NCBI GenBank assembly: GCA_050084515.1
Contig: CM114271.1
Coordinates: forward strand, 5,642,001-5,706,000
DNA from: Blasia pusilla
Taxonomy: Eukaryota
Direction: 5' to 3'
Length of the DNA stretch: 64,000 bases
The notes beneath the pieces are model-generated. The model had not been told where the DNA came from. It searched no databases and saw only the letters and a list, made by a program, of their open reading frames with translations. This document shows, piece by piece, positions 37,801 through 51,538 of this stretch. Every line of letters begins with the position of its first letter. Within the stretch, counting starts at the first letter, position 1. The position numbers and the translations under genes are program-made.

Positions 37801-40800
37801 GCTCACCACGTCCCTCATGAAAAAGGGCCCCAATGTGTCCAAATTTAATTGATGGACAATGACAAACTAACACAACAATTTGTGTCTACATTGAAGCAAT
37901 AGTGACCTTATACTTGCCAAGAGAACTACACATATAGCTAATACAAATATTGAAAAGCTGCCTGGATTTCATTTCTACGTTTTGCATACCTGCTCTAGAA
38001 GCATTCCCCATTCCTGGATAACCCTTCCTAACTTGCGCCGCTGCCAAGCTGGATTGGTGCACATCGTTCTGATCAATTGCAGTGTTAACTGGAATGAAGT
38101 AGCACAGGCCCATGGACAACAGTCAGAGACAATGCTAACTGTGATAACAATTTTAACAACCACTGCTGACAACAGTGAAATCTCTGGATGGCACGACAAA
38201 CCTAAAGTTTACCACCACACATCAGACAATTAATTGGTGTGCGCGTGTATGCCAACCAACAAGAGATCTGATTACTTAAAACTAGAGCCCACAAGAACTC
38301 CACAGGATACATGAGACCTTGATGAGTGAATAATTTCCTCAATGCCCATCTCAGGTGAGACCACTATTGGAGATGGACTACACAACAACATGAAACTAGT
38401 TCTGTATGTGATGATCTAGTGCTATAGAAGTGCTCGGCATGTAGTCCTCCACAACCTTATTTTTATGGCACGAGACCCAACAATAATTATTTATGGCATC
38501 AAATTGGAAAAGTGAAGATCAAATGCCTAATACACTTTACGTTAGATCCGAACGGCAAAAAGCAGGGATGACCAACACCTGACGAAGTCAAAGGTGTTGA
38601 TCATTTCAGGTAACAAAAGATGGTGAGATGGTCACACTACCCAGCCCAAGGAAAAACTTACTCTTCCTGTCTGAGTGAGAAAATTGAAAGTCTCTGTATC
38701 CTTTCCCGGACCTTCATTCTGCAACTTGATTGCTCTATACAGAGCATCCGTCACCGTCTCTCGGCCAAGAAGTTTACCATCTTGGAGGAGGAGCAACTGC
38801 ATTACAACACCAAATAGAGACCTTGTCATGAAAGAGGTTGTCGAAGCAAAACTTACACAGATTATAATAACCACAGTTTAGTTTAATTCCCATCTTTTTA
38901 AACTGAAGGAAGGTTGGCAGAAACGGAAACAAGTAACCATGTAATAGAAGCTGGCAGCTAAAAGAGACGGATGTCACATTAGCAAGCATCTTATAGGAGA
39001 GGCCCATGTATACCTGTAGCCTGGCTCGAGCAACCAGATCAGGATGAGATTTTTGAATGTCAATTATATACTGAAATAAATCTTCGAGTTCCAGGTTGGG
39101 TGACAAGGAGCATATGCGATTCAAGTCTTGTAGTAGCTGCTCAAAGTAGCTCAGCGTCTGGCAGGAAATTTTTATTTTAGATCACAATAAACAGCAGCCG
39201 TTTAGTTATAAGTTTCAGAACATATCCTGTCCGTCTTAACTGGAAGTTATACAAGGCAGTGAGACAACGGATCCAACCTCATATGAACTGACCAATTCAA
39301 GATTGAGGCAAAGTGACATCCTCTACTCCTATTGCATCTAAATTTCAAAATGACCCCATTCTAGCCTCTGATAAGAATACTAACCTCAGTCCAGCTAAGA
39401 ATTTTGATTGATCGTGGAGGAGTAGGGGCCAAAAGTCTCCTGTTCACGCTCTCATCAAAACCTACAGCAGGCTGCCCGGATGCTGTAGATCCAGTATTCA
39501 ATGATTCTTTCTGAGGCCACTGAGATGAGAGGAATTCAGAGGAGGCTCTTATGGCAGCCAGCTCTCCAAGGGCTTTTGCAATATGTTTCTGAGCCATCTC
39601 AGAGCCTCTCCCCAAAGGCTTATCCATGTATATAAATGTATGGTACAAAGCCTGCTCATCCAAACATTTGGAGCATAAGCTTCCATATGGAGCACACTAG
39701 TGTTTGTATCCCTAATTCGGTAATCACGCTTGTCACACTTCAACTTCAAAGTGGCTCTGGAAATCTTACTAAGTTGACATGTAAACAAATGCAACCGTTT
39801 GATAGGTGTGAAACTGAAATTCTCACTTTTTTAAAACCTTCTTTTAGTAAGAGTTGGTGTTCAGAATCAAGATTATGCACTTGAAGTTTACATGTGACAT
39901 GTAACTTCAGAATCAAACATTTGAGACTGTCAAAAGCACCGATACAGATAGGTAAGTTGGTCGGACCTTTCGGAATCGAAGTCGACACAATACAGCATCA
40001 CAGAATCCCTCCTCCAAAGCAGGATCATCCTGCAGAGGTTCAACTTCTGCAAAATACCAAGAGGCAGAAACAGCATTACTGAGGAAAAGGAGATCATTCA
40101 CCAGTAAGAACAACCCTACATGGGCGCCATCTCCATTGTGTACACCGCACTCTGACAAGCAAGAGTTATCTGATAAAACAAAAATAACGCTCCTCTTGTC
40201 TACAAGGAATTCTACCTGTTTAGGTCACTGTTTTTATAAGGTTAGTCTTACTAGGGTTTTCAGACTCAAAACTACATCAAACACCAAATTAGTCTGGAAG
40301 AAAACATTTTGATAGACCTGGAAAACCTGAGACAGGTAGACTTTCAGAAAGATAAACTTCAGCGAAACTATACCATCTTACTAAAGATTAAGTTGACATC
40401 GTTTGTCTCATTCAAGTCTAGCCATCAAGTGAATTGTAAGTAGCATACCTTCTAAAGTTTTCTTCTTCCCAGGCCCGAGGCCTTTAGAACCCCGGAGTTG
40501 TCGAGCAAGTACCTCTTCCACCGCATTCAATGTTGCCAAACACTTGCTGTCACCTTCGGCATCCAGAGGAAGACCAAAGCCAAAAGTGACAAAATCTTCT
40601 TCCTGCAGATTGTAGCAAGTATCAGCACTCACACCAACATATCCACAAGCCAACGTATTTCAAGTGCCAAGCTATTTCTCAGTCACATGACCTCATTCAT
40701 TTCAGAGTAGATTCTCCCTCATTCAAGCTTACATACCAATCCTTTGGGGCAGAAAAACATTTGTATCCATAGACACGTACCTCATGAATGTCAGACTGAA

Positions 40801-43206
40801 CAATGGCGGTTCGCACCAAGCTGCAAGTGGCGCGTGTAGTTTTGCAGTAGGCATGCAATAAGGCATTTGGGGCAATACGATCCAGCTTCAACATATATAA
40901 GCATGAAAATACTGTTTGCGCTAATGAATGTCCCTTGTGCCATGTTGCCTATCAAGTAAAAAAATAAAACCGTAATAAGGCACTTCATAGGAAACTGTTG
41001 GAACATTCAGGTACCAACCATGATTGAGGAACTGGTTAGTATAATCCATTTGTAATTTGCCATTTCTCAAGTTAATAAGCAAGTAGATAATACCTAACTG
41101 GTACTAATACTACCTGATAGTATTACCACATAGTTTACTATCACCCCTCGGTGGTTACTGCAAAAACAAAGTAGCATTTTTGTTAACCCAATGTCCACAA
41201 CAAGCCGACAGAATCAGGTAGGTGTGACACATCCATCTCACATTAATACAACCAACTGCAATAGTATTGTAGTGAAAGGTGTTAATACCTCACACGCTAA
41301 TAGATGATCCATGACATCAAGTATTTGAGGAATAGTCAGAATTATAGGTGCAGCACTATCCTCTATCGCTTCTTCCACCGTCTTGTATCCAGTTGTTGTC
41401 ATCCCAGCATCCATTTTGGGATCCATAATCTAACAACCAAAGCCATAATAAAGATCATCAGATTACTCCTCCAATACACATGTTCCTTCCTCAATCTTCC
41501 CAAGTTCTTCATCAACTGCTCTTGAACTTTGAAAGTTAACTTTGCCTTGGTGGATAAGTAGGGCACAACTATCTCTCACAACTGTCTCGCCAGAAAACTG
41601 TGCAGTACAGTAAATGACTGTACTTTTCCCCCAATTATCCTCCACCAAAACTGGAAACAAGTGGCTTGGATGTACAGAGGATGGGATAACTCTTGGGATG
41701 GGTAGTTATTGGGATTGTGAACCCATACTAATAGAATGACCACTGAATAGTCACTAAGCTTTTCCGTGAAGTGAATCTAATCAATAAAATTTGTGATCCC
41801 ATCAAACAAACATGAGAAGCCAAGCGAGGGGAAAGGAGCCAAAATAAAATCAATGCAACGGGTGCAATCTACACTTTAAAATCATCTCATATTCACTACT
41901 TATAACGAGGTTGGAGGTGTGCATAAATAGCGAATAGTCAGGAGGATCATCAACTCTAAGGATTCAATGCTAAGGAGGATGAGCTTGGACAAGATTATCA
42001 AGCAAATGCTTCGCAGCTCAAAGAGATGCAGCAAAACCAAGGGGTGTGTTCATGACAAAAGATAGAAAAAAGAGGATTGTCCCCACACAGGGAAGTAAGA
42101 CTAACCCTCAAAAGAAGGTGTACACAAAACTTGGCTCTATAGATGGTAAATTGTAGAGACCTAATACAAGGTCCAGGACCATATACAATGAAAGGGCTTG
42201 CCCTAACCGAGTGCAGACACCCCTCTCAATGGACCCTGAACTTGAGAAGTCAGACTTTGGCTACATGAGCTAATGCACGGTTTCTAGCTCATGCCTCAAT
42301 TTCTTTAGTTGGAGACACATTTTGGACTTAACACTAAGCCATGATACACTTTAGCACTTATAAATCTTGAAGAAGAGATGAATGTGAGAGTTAAACTTCG
42401 GCAGCTGAAACGATCCTAGCGAACAATTCAGTAGCTGGAACACCCAGCCTGATGAACCCGAAAGCATACCTCAAGCGCTGACATTGCTTCGAACAAACTA
42501 AAATTCTCCCCATGGATGAGCTCTCCAACTCCCAGCTCTACAGTACATGGATGTTTTCAAGAGTCAATAAAACCCTAATCATAGGCCAACCTTTGTACCA
42601 GAGCAGATTTGCTGAAAAATCTGCATTCTATTCTGCACACGAACACTCCTTGTGACCCTGCCAAACCAACTACTCAATTGCAGGTATCTCATTCACTATA
42701 CAGCTAACTTCTTCAACTCAGGAACTCCACTTGCGAGGTTAGTTAAATTCCTATTCGATCCTCCACAAGGCTTCCCAAATTTAGGTTAAAGTCATCCAAA
42801 TCCAACCACTACCTCCAAGCAGTGTGCTAGCAGACTCTGTCACGACCCTCAATTATCCATTCCCGCCTAGACTACAGCACCACTTGAAAAAAATCTATGC
42901 TTTCAGCAAATTGCACACCCGAACCCAGACATTCTTTTTAATAGTACAACACACTGACATGACTTCGCTGCGGTCGCCCCAACGCGTCTAACGGGACCGG
43001 CTTAAAGAGGAATCAGTCCAAGACACAAGCCAAGTCAAAGATGGGAGAAGAGAGACTCAAGCACCATCACAAGCGGCCTGGAGGAATCCCGTGGCGTCAG
43101 CCCAGATAGTTTGGTCCCCGGCAGCAAAAGGAGCCGCTGCTGATTGCTGCGCCATGGGAGAGGTCTGTAAGGCCCCATCCGCTGCAAGAGCCAGCGCTGG
43201 ATCCAT
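34809..43206 (-). CDS. NAA35: N-alpha-acetyltransferase 35, NatC auxiliary subunit (MAK10), multi-exon
   Basis: GT-AG exons include 43065-43206 (..IWADATGFLQAACD), 42470-42537 (ELGVGELIHGENFSLFEAMSALE) and 41289-41429 (IMDPKMDAG..MDHLLACE). Further exons encode ATWHKGHSLAQTVFSCLY, EEDF, RLRFRK, GFDESVNRRLLAPTPPR, PDLVARARLQ, NPAWQRRKL, GFELELYSPNEYCMVYWYL and RFTQRFELL. Last exon ends VSFEFSQHPCFPVAVVKEH* at 34809. Not all internal exon borders were resolved. Confidence 0.93.
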
Positions 43207-45234
43207 GCAGGCCCTTACCTACCACCAGCTCCCCATGGACATCCGCAGATCTCCGGGCACAGAATTCTTCCCTCGTCCACTCCCTTCACAATCTCGTCCG
43301 CCCTTCCCTCATCACAACCACAAACACTACACGACGCCTCGCCTCCGCCCCAATCTCAGCTCTCCTCCTCCCCCTCCTCCTCCTTTCAATCTTCCCAGGA
43401 TAATTCCTTTCTCCGCCCGTTTAGCAGATTTCACGCTCTGCTCTTCCTCTTCCTCTTCCTCCTCGCCTTCCTTCGGCCTCGATCTCACCCCTGCAATCGC
43501 AGCTCCACGCCCTGCGACGATGGCGAGCAAAATAGTTCCTTTCTTCCTCCTGCTCCTCCTCCCCCCACTTCCCCCCAGGAAAACTACTTTAAGCCAAGGT
43601 CGATATTGAAAAAAAAAACCCAATCGCTGCCAAAGACGCCTTTTATATACTCTCGGGAAAGTCTTAATAATTCGACCTTAAGTTCCAGGGGGCATTTATG
43701 AACGCATGAAATATACTGACGTGGCATAATTCTAGAAGAAATTATATTTATCTCCGGTCCGTCTACCGACTCTACCCATATCGGTCCCGCGGTCCCGTAC
43801 GTCCGTTACTGACAAGGATGTCGGGACCGTCATTGCCGGCCAGTTGTGAGACTCCGTCCATGTCAACTTGCAATCCTACATGGCGCTCATGGATTGGTTT
43901 CTGTACTTTGATCTACGGTAAGCATCGGCGGGTCTGCTGGAACCTGATCAGACGCCGTCGATCTCTCACGATCCTGCGGCCTCCGTCGCCTGCAAGCCTT
44001 ATACGGCACTGACATGATCGACCACAGTCATATTCACATAACAATGTTGTTGAAGTCCGTCCGCTTCTTCCATCATTGTCCATGTCAGCAGTGGGATCCA
44101 CATGGCGCTTGGTGACTCGCGATTCCTTTCGCCACCAAAGCAAACCTGGAAATACGAATGATGTCGTGCCACTTCATCGACTAAGGAGGCACCACTGGCT
44201 ACATATGCGCTTCGGCCGAAATGCGAACTTCCAATGCATGGAGGAAAGGTTTCGCCGTAGGGGGGGAGAAAGGGAGATTCGCTTGCATTTGAAACGAGCA
44301 GTCGTCTGATGCGCAGATTAGTGGGAGGAGAGGAATTGGAAGGCGGTTAAAGCGAATCGGGAGGCTTATTTTGAGCTACTTTAGGAAGGAAGAGGAGCGA
44401 GATTCGAATGAGGAAGGAGGGGAATTTCTGCGCTGCTCTGTGCCGTTTCTGGGAATCGATTGGACTTGAAATTCGTTGAGGATCGGCCGGGCTTTTGCGG
44501 AAATAATTGTGGTTGAATGCTTGGGTTGGATCTGAGCTATGCATCGGTGCTTGTCATTAGGTTTTTTATGAAGGAACATCAGTACGACTGATGCAAGAAA
44601 CTTTACCTGTATTTTTATTTGGTTTATAAATTTGTGAGGTTAGAAGATGGTTTATTGGACATGTTGAAGTTCAGTCACATTTTTTCGGGAGTTTGTTCTT
44701 CTTTCTCTCGAGGTTTCTTGAATCCCATCCCTTCCCTTCCCTTCCCTTCCTGCGCCTCGATCCGGTTCTCTTTTTTGGGCTGAACCAGGCGGGAGTGGAG
44801 CCCCTGCACGAGGACTTACGTCCCTGTTTTGCGCATACCCCCCGGTCCATGCAGGGCATCCACGATCCACTCAAGAAAATTTATTGCTCTTGTTGCGCTT
44901 GTTCACGCTTTTTGCATCCAGATTTAAGTCAGTATTTGCTGTGGATGCACCAGTGATTTGCACCGCCGCTCCTGCTCCGTCCATTCCCTTCCCTTCTCTC
45001 ACCACACTGCTCTCTTCCTGTGCGTGGCTCGACTGGCGAGTGAGCTGTCTTGTCATAACATCAGGCCATTAAGAGGACTGTCACTTAGAAATCTTGTAGA
45101 AGAAATCAGGTGAACTGGCTTCCTTCCTGGACGATTCTTACAAGCACCTTGTGAAGGTCCCATTGATTTCTCCTGTTTGTAGGAGCACGGAGGTTGAATT
45201 TTTTGCTTGAAGTTTCTGAATACGCTGGGCCACG

Positions 45235-47594
45235 ATGGCTCTTCGAAGGAAAGCGCGTGAAGGGATCAAAGATCCCTTCATGTACACTAGTTCTATAAAT
45301 CACGGGCTTCTGACTGAACGAGCACTTCGAGATGTCTTCGACATCACCTCGTACATCAACTTCGGTACAGCTGAGGAGCCCCTGCCTTATCCCGTCAAAG
45401 TCAGTAAGTATTAACACTCTCCTGTCTCCAATCAGGAACTAAGAAAGGCCCATTATAAAATCATGTCAAGTTTATTATGAGCCCTTTGATTGTTCAACAA
45501 GATAAGAAGCGTTCAGGCCTCTATTCAACTTGCTGGACCTTGCTTAACAATAAGAACTGATGATTGCCAACCTCATGGAAAATCAGGGGACAGAGACAGC
45601 TACTTTGGTAAACAGATAATGACTATGACGCCGAAATGGGGCTTTCAGACCAACGATGTATTCTTCCAGAAGGAACATCCCTGGGTTTCTGATGTACGAT
45701 CTCAAAATCTTCTCCTCGAGCGTATTCCTCGTTGTATATTCAATACGTAAACCTAATGAACTTTGACATGTAATCAAGTGACGATGCAAAAGAATCTCCT
45801 ACAGTGGCTCTTTGGGCGTTCTGGATTTGGTGGATATAGTAGTGACATGCCTTCAACTGGTGAAATCCATAAACAGGGAAGGTCTGTTCGAATATCGAAG
45901 TCGATGTTGCGAACACTGACTCGGGGAAAAATTGCTTGCAGGGTGACCTGTTTATTGACAGAAACATGTACGTTAATACCCAACCAGATAGATACAAGGG
46001 CTTTTGGACTTCCGACTTCTCTAAGAGGGACGAATTCTCTAATGTCATGCGTACTGAGCAATATCGAGAACAGCTGAAGGTCTCGTCTTTTCCCACCTTA
46101 TTCATTTGCCGTCCTCATCCCAATGTGGCTTCAAATGCGTTACATTCGTCAGCAAGTGAATATGGTTACCATTGCGGTAGAATACAATATCATTCATTGA
46201 CTGTACTGCGTAGGAACTGCTTTCCCTGTGACCTCCATTGCAGACCCTTACAGAATTGTATGAAAATAGCATAACTGCTCCGGGTACATCTCCTACAGAT
46301 ATAACGACATGTTGAACATCTTTACTACAACTCCAACGAACCAGTGGCACTAGTCATTGTATTGGGTGGGATCAGCTGAGTTAGGACAGTGACATATAGT
46401 TCAAATCCTGTACAGAGGGGAATCGTTTCTGTAGAAAGTAAGATGTTAACCAGCTCATGAGCATTACTGTCGATCATTTCTGAGGTATACAAAACCGTAT
46501 CAGGAGTTTTGATGGTCAAGGTTATGGATGTGCTTCCGGTGAGAGCCTTATGTGTAACAGATGGAGAACAGACATTCTAAGAAGTCTGTTGAACAATCTG
46601 AAGCACGTATTGCCGAAATCAAGGCGAAGTACCCTGACATCGACACGCCTCATCGTACTAGGGTGATGTACCGATGGATCCTTTCCTTCCAGAGTACATC
46701 CTGTAGCTTCTGTATGAGTTATCTTTGTCTTGCATCCATGCATTGGTTATGCTAGGAACGCATGAAGCCATTCCATCCAAACTTAACTGAGATCAGTTTA
46801 CCCACATGCATGATTGCCACCACACTTCTAATTTCCTACAAGTAACATCATTGAACACGACACGAGCCTGCCATTTCCATTTTGACTGATGATGTTAGCG
46901 TCCCTCGTGTGGGACAGTTTGATGGACCGAAGTACTTGTACGATGTCGGAAGAGCTGGTCTGGCTACCACCAAGCATTGTACACGATGCCACAAGCAAAC
47001 ATATTACTGTCCGCACAATGCTGCGTATAGTACCAACAACCCCCATCTTGAGAAGGTGCCAAAAGTTATTCGACCCATGCCTGTTGTTGTTATGTGTGCG
47101 CCTTGCTTCACATACCTTTTAGAGGAAATGGCCGGATTTCATGTTCTTTTTCTCCATACACTGGGAATGGGAGTAGCGGTTTCCTACCATCAGCAGAAGA
47201 AGTCCTTTCGCTTCAAAGTGGAGCGAAAGGAAATGGGTTTTAATCTGAAATTCATCGGAAATCAGTATCATAACACACCTCTAAGATGAAAGGGGAGCGT
47301 GTCACTTACACTCACGATGGCTACCTTTGTGATAAGGAGTACTAAAATAAGAGAATGTGATTCAAATTTGTGAAAGTATTTCGGTTTAGGAGGAGAAAGA
47401 GACTAATTGCTCGGAGGAGATACTCGCAGGATATGGGATCCTACAGAACAGCGTCTCAGGAGTATGGCAGAGCCGCTAAGTCAGCTAGCTACGCCAAGCC
47501 TCAGCATGGCAACAAGCCTGTGATAAAGGAGCAGATGTACAGGAGAACCAAGATTTTCTTCCCATCAAAGACATTGCTTGGGTTTCCAGCTTAG
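45235..47594 (+). CDS. Six-exon ~272-aa conserved protein, probable flagellar/axonemal protein (CFAP96/C4orf47-like motifs)
   Basis: Phase-compatible GT-AG exons 45235-45403, 45587-45693, 45942-46079, 46561-46662, 46918-47055 and 47430-47594 (819 nt). They give GKQIMTMTPKWG..DVFFQKEHPWVSDGDLFIDR..KGFWTSDFSKRDEFSNVMRTEQYREQLK, YLYDVGR, CTRCHKQTYYCPH and GSYRTASQEYG. The family assignment is from memory. Confidence 0.7.
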
Positions 47595-49299
47595 GAAAAT
47601 CTGTGAGTTTGTATGATTCAAAACACGAATACTTCAAACGACTGTCCAGTAAGTATACCAGTATCCACGATTTTCTTCAAGACTGGGATATCTTCGTCAT
47701 GTACAATACCATGAACTTCAAACTTGTCCCATGGTGGGGTAATTGTGGATTGCCATAAAGCCGGCTCTCGTAACCACGGTTAGCCACCTAATGAGAACTT
47801 AGCGTCTTTAATGGTGTGTAGAAATTTTCTGATGCGACACCAAAACTCGTGCTTTCCTCTTCTATGTTCTTCTATCCACTTCTACACTCATTTTTTTGAG
47901 GCCGTTATGTAAGCACAAATCTTGAGAAATCAGGCTTCTACTCTCAACGGAAACTCTTGGATACGTATCCTATGCATACTTTACCTGAATCACGTGAATC
48001 GACTGGACTCAACTTGATCCAGAATCCACCTCTTTATCCCCTTGCGACGGTTCTACGGAATGCACAAGGATTAGTGGGCTGGTAGAAATTGAATGAAAGC
48101 TGTACTGCAGATTCCATCGTACAGGCCTATGAGCTGTGAGGTTTGAATATTTAGATTCAGAAAAGCCCAATTGTTTTGTCATTCGGGATTTGAATTTCGT
48201 AACTATGCGGAAATTACACTCGGGACGGCGCGGTAGAGACGCACAATCTGTACCTGTGCAATGAGTAGTCAGTCATTGATCACCACCCCGAGATCCCTGA
48301 ACCTTGTTCTATGCACCCCTAGACAGTCCCATATTCCAGTGTCCTGAATTTGCTAGCTTGTACCTGGTTCCCTCGAGGTAGTCTCGACTTGGAGGTCTCA
48401 GATTGACATGATTGAAGCTCACGCGAAAGCTCACTCACCTCAAGTCCATAGAGAAAGTCTCGTTGTGCAGGGACTTCGGAGTCCGATGCTGCGAACAGTG
48501 CGAAGGATTGCCACGCGTACCAGGTAACAAGGGATTAATTCCAGGGAAGGAATAAAGTGTGGAAAACGACAACTCTCGATTCACATACGGTCTTGCTTCA
48601 AAAGTAAGTATGGTGTGGGTGTGACAATGGCACAGTCCGGTTGCCCCAGGTCTCATGCGTCAGTAGGTCATGGAGGTTCAGATTTCAAATGCGCACGATA
48701 CTTGATAAGTTCCATGACTCATCGGTCGCAGGTGATCCCATGAGACGTGATGTGGAAGTCGCGTTTCACTTGACTAACGACGCGAGAAAGTTAAGATTTC
48801 CCATCCCTGAGATGATTCAAAAAAGTAGATTTTGTGGGAATTGATTTCATCCCTCGTCAGACCTGTCACCTGATGAGAAAGCCCAAGTTCCCTCGGCAAA
48901 ACGAGACACAAAGTGTAGCCTCTCCTGGAGGCTGGAGCTGGGCTATATATCCAGCACCCGGAGCATGGAATGCAACCCACCTTTGAGCGGGTGGGTTGTG
49001 AATACCGCGCGCGGCCGACTGGTCGGAAGAGAGGAAAAGCGTGTAAACTACCGTCGGGGAGATGAAGCAAACATTATCTACACTAATATTTGCTTCATCT
49101 CTTTCTTAAATTCTAAATAGCCCTCTTCCTGTTTCAATTGGAAAAGAAAAAAAAAATTCCGCTTCTTCAACAAAATTTAAGCACCCACAATTCTTAGCCG
49201 ATGACTACACATTATCGGCACCGGTAACTTAGAAATTTTCTTCATTAATGATTTTTCTTTGTTATGAAATCTTTCTATACACTACATTACGGGTGGAAT

Positions 49300-51538
49300 T
49301 CAACTTTTTATTTCCAAGTGTAATATGTATTCCTTTTTTATTCCTCTAGATAATGCTACGTACAATTGATCATGCGAAGAAACGGGAGTATGTAAGTAAA
49401 TCTCATTTTTTTCAAAACTCGACCTTGAGAATTATTTATGGTCATGGAGTTAAGGAATTTAACTCTAAGAAGAATAGGTAAACCAGAATTTGATGCAATT
49501 AATGGAATACAGGGAATAAAAATGCGTTCTCCAAGGTTCTTCCCTCTTATAATTTCCGCATCAATCACATGTTGTACAAATCCTTCAATTACCAATCGTG
49601 TACCATTTGTTTGTCCATTAGAGCCATCCATGTTTTGTAAGAGCATAATTTGTCATCACCCTCATAACCAAACGAGCACCATGTAGAACATTCAAACTCT
49701 AACGGGCTCACGCTAGGTTGTTTTGGCGTTGGAGTGGTCTCTTGGAAGAGACATAAGAGACACAAGAGATGAGACGCGAACAAGGTTGAGTGTTTCATGC
49801 GTTTATGGTCCCGAGTAGGAAACCTGGACCAAACATGATCCAAGACTTGAGAGGAGTCGAGTCTAGGGAAGTTGGTTGCCAAAGAGGTGGGAACCAGATT
49901 TGGAACGTGACTAGTATTTGGAGTTTTGATTGTATTTTGGACCATAAATTTTAGTCCCAAGATGCTTTTGAGACAAGTAAGGTGGAATTGGAACTTCTGA
50001 TAATTTTACAAAAATAGGATTTTATGGTATAATTTTTATATTTTTTAAAAACTTTGAGAATTTAAACGATGATTGAAGCTTTTCAGTTAAGCTTAGGCAA
50101 AGCCATTCCCAACGCACCAAAGATATCAACAAACGCATAAGGAGAGGGTGAGATATTGGCCAAAAACAGTTGTGCAAGGAGTCGGGTTGAGGGCCAAAAA
50201 CACGGGCTCGAGTGTCTCTTCCCTAAAGGAAGGAGGAGGGCAGCGATCCCCGGAAGGACTAGTAAGGGGGAAGATCCCAAGAGTGTTTGGGACTCAAACC
50301 CCACTTTGGGACGTCGCGGGACGACCCAAGGGCACAAAATGGATCGGGAGTTTTGGCGTTGGGATTCGACACCCAAACCAAGTCCAAAAGATTGGATTTC
50401 GAAGGTCCCTATTTGATAGTAGGGACCGCTAGGTGCATGAACGCAATTTTAGGTGCTTGGACCATCTAGAAAGTCTGTCCCAAGTCTCGAAAGACTTGCC
50501 CATGTTGGGAAGCTGGGAATTAAGAAAGGTTGAGCTTGATGAGGTGTTGAGTTCAGAACTCAATAGGTTGGAAGATCGATTGACCGAGACCAAACTAAGA
50601 TGAGTGTGTTTGGGTGTAGTTCGACAATGAGAGCGTGACATATTAAAGGTACGCTTCAACAACAGTGAAGACTGATGTTCAAAAGGAATAGACACACGAT
50701 ATAATTGGTGAGTCTATTTTCAAACACAAATAATGTGGAGGTAGGCCACAAGGCAGGCATGTACTTGAGAATTTCTTCGCCTAGATATGACTTATACTCT
50801 CATTCGGGACTAAGTTAACATTGAGGTAAGTACGCTCTTATACATAACCTTCATAATATTATGGATTAGATGTACTCATGAACATATATGATATGGATAA
50901 CTTACTTATATGAATGGAAAATCATTATTACTTATCCATGGAATCGAGAGATGACTTCATCGTCTATCTCATTGACATCTCTATTTCGTGGTGTCAAAAT
51001 AGTTGTATCTCTCGAAAGGTTGATGTCATACAAGAGTTGAGGATCATTTCCATAAATAGTATCAATAAGATCACTTATTTTCTTACTTTTGGTAACCATA
51101 TCAGGTGGCAATTGTATAAAATCATCTCCCAAGTGTAATTGCAACGGTACGCAACCTTCTTCCACTTCCAATAACCAATCAGCAAAAGCTTGTTGGTGAA
51201 TGTGCATATGACCTTTCAACCTTTGAACTCTCATATTTTTACTTAACTTCATCACCCTTACCTGAGACTATAACATTGATCTCTTTAAATTGGCTTGCAT
51301 AATTTTTGGACAATCCCCATGACGAATAATTGGTAAGACTTGGAGGAAATCACCACTAAATATTATCAACTTCCCCCCAAAGGATTCATGCCTCAATTCC
51401 TTGCAGACCACTCCCATAAAATATTATAAGGTACAAATTTATGCCTCAAATGCATGACGATGAGTCATGGGTACTTCATCCCATATAATAAAGTGAAGCT
51501 CATCAGATTAGGTGTGTTGCACAACTATTGACTAGCAA
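49300..51538 (-). mobile_element. Degenerate Helitron (C), Pif1 helicase remnant
   Basis: IWDEVPMTHRHAFEA, FSGDFLQVLP, MKLSKNMRVQ, ILTPRN, NGTRLVIEGFVQHVIDAEII, MTINNSQG. Collinear with Helitron A. Confidence 0.88.
49651..50701. mobile_element. Solo LTR (1051 bp) inserted in the Helitron C helicase, with 5-bp TSD TAATT
   Basis: Starts TGTCAT and ends CACGATA (degenerate CATGACA). TAATT on both flanks (49646-49650, 50702-50706). Removing it rejoins LKIDSPIMLL. Same family as 28310-28730. Confidence 0.88.

Noticed and set aside
43091-43623. 172-aa and 98-aa Pro/Ser- or Gly/Glu-rich ORFs
   Set aside because: They overlap NAA35 exon 1 and its GC-rich 5' region and are low-complexity.
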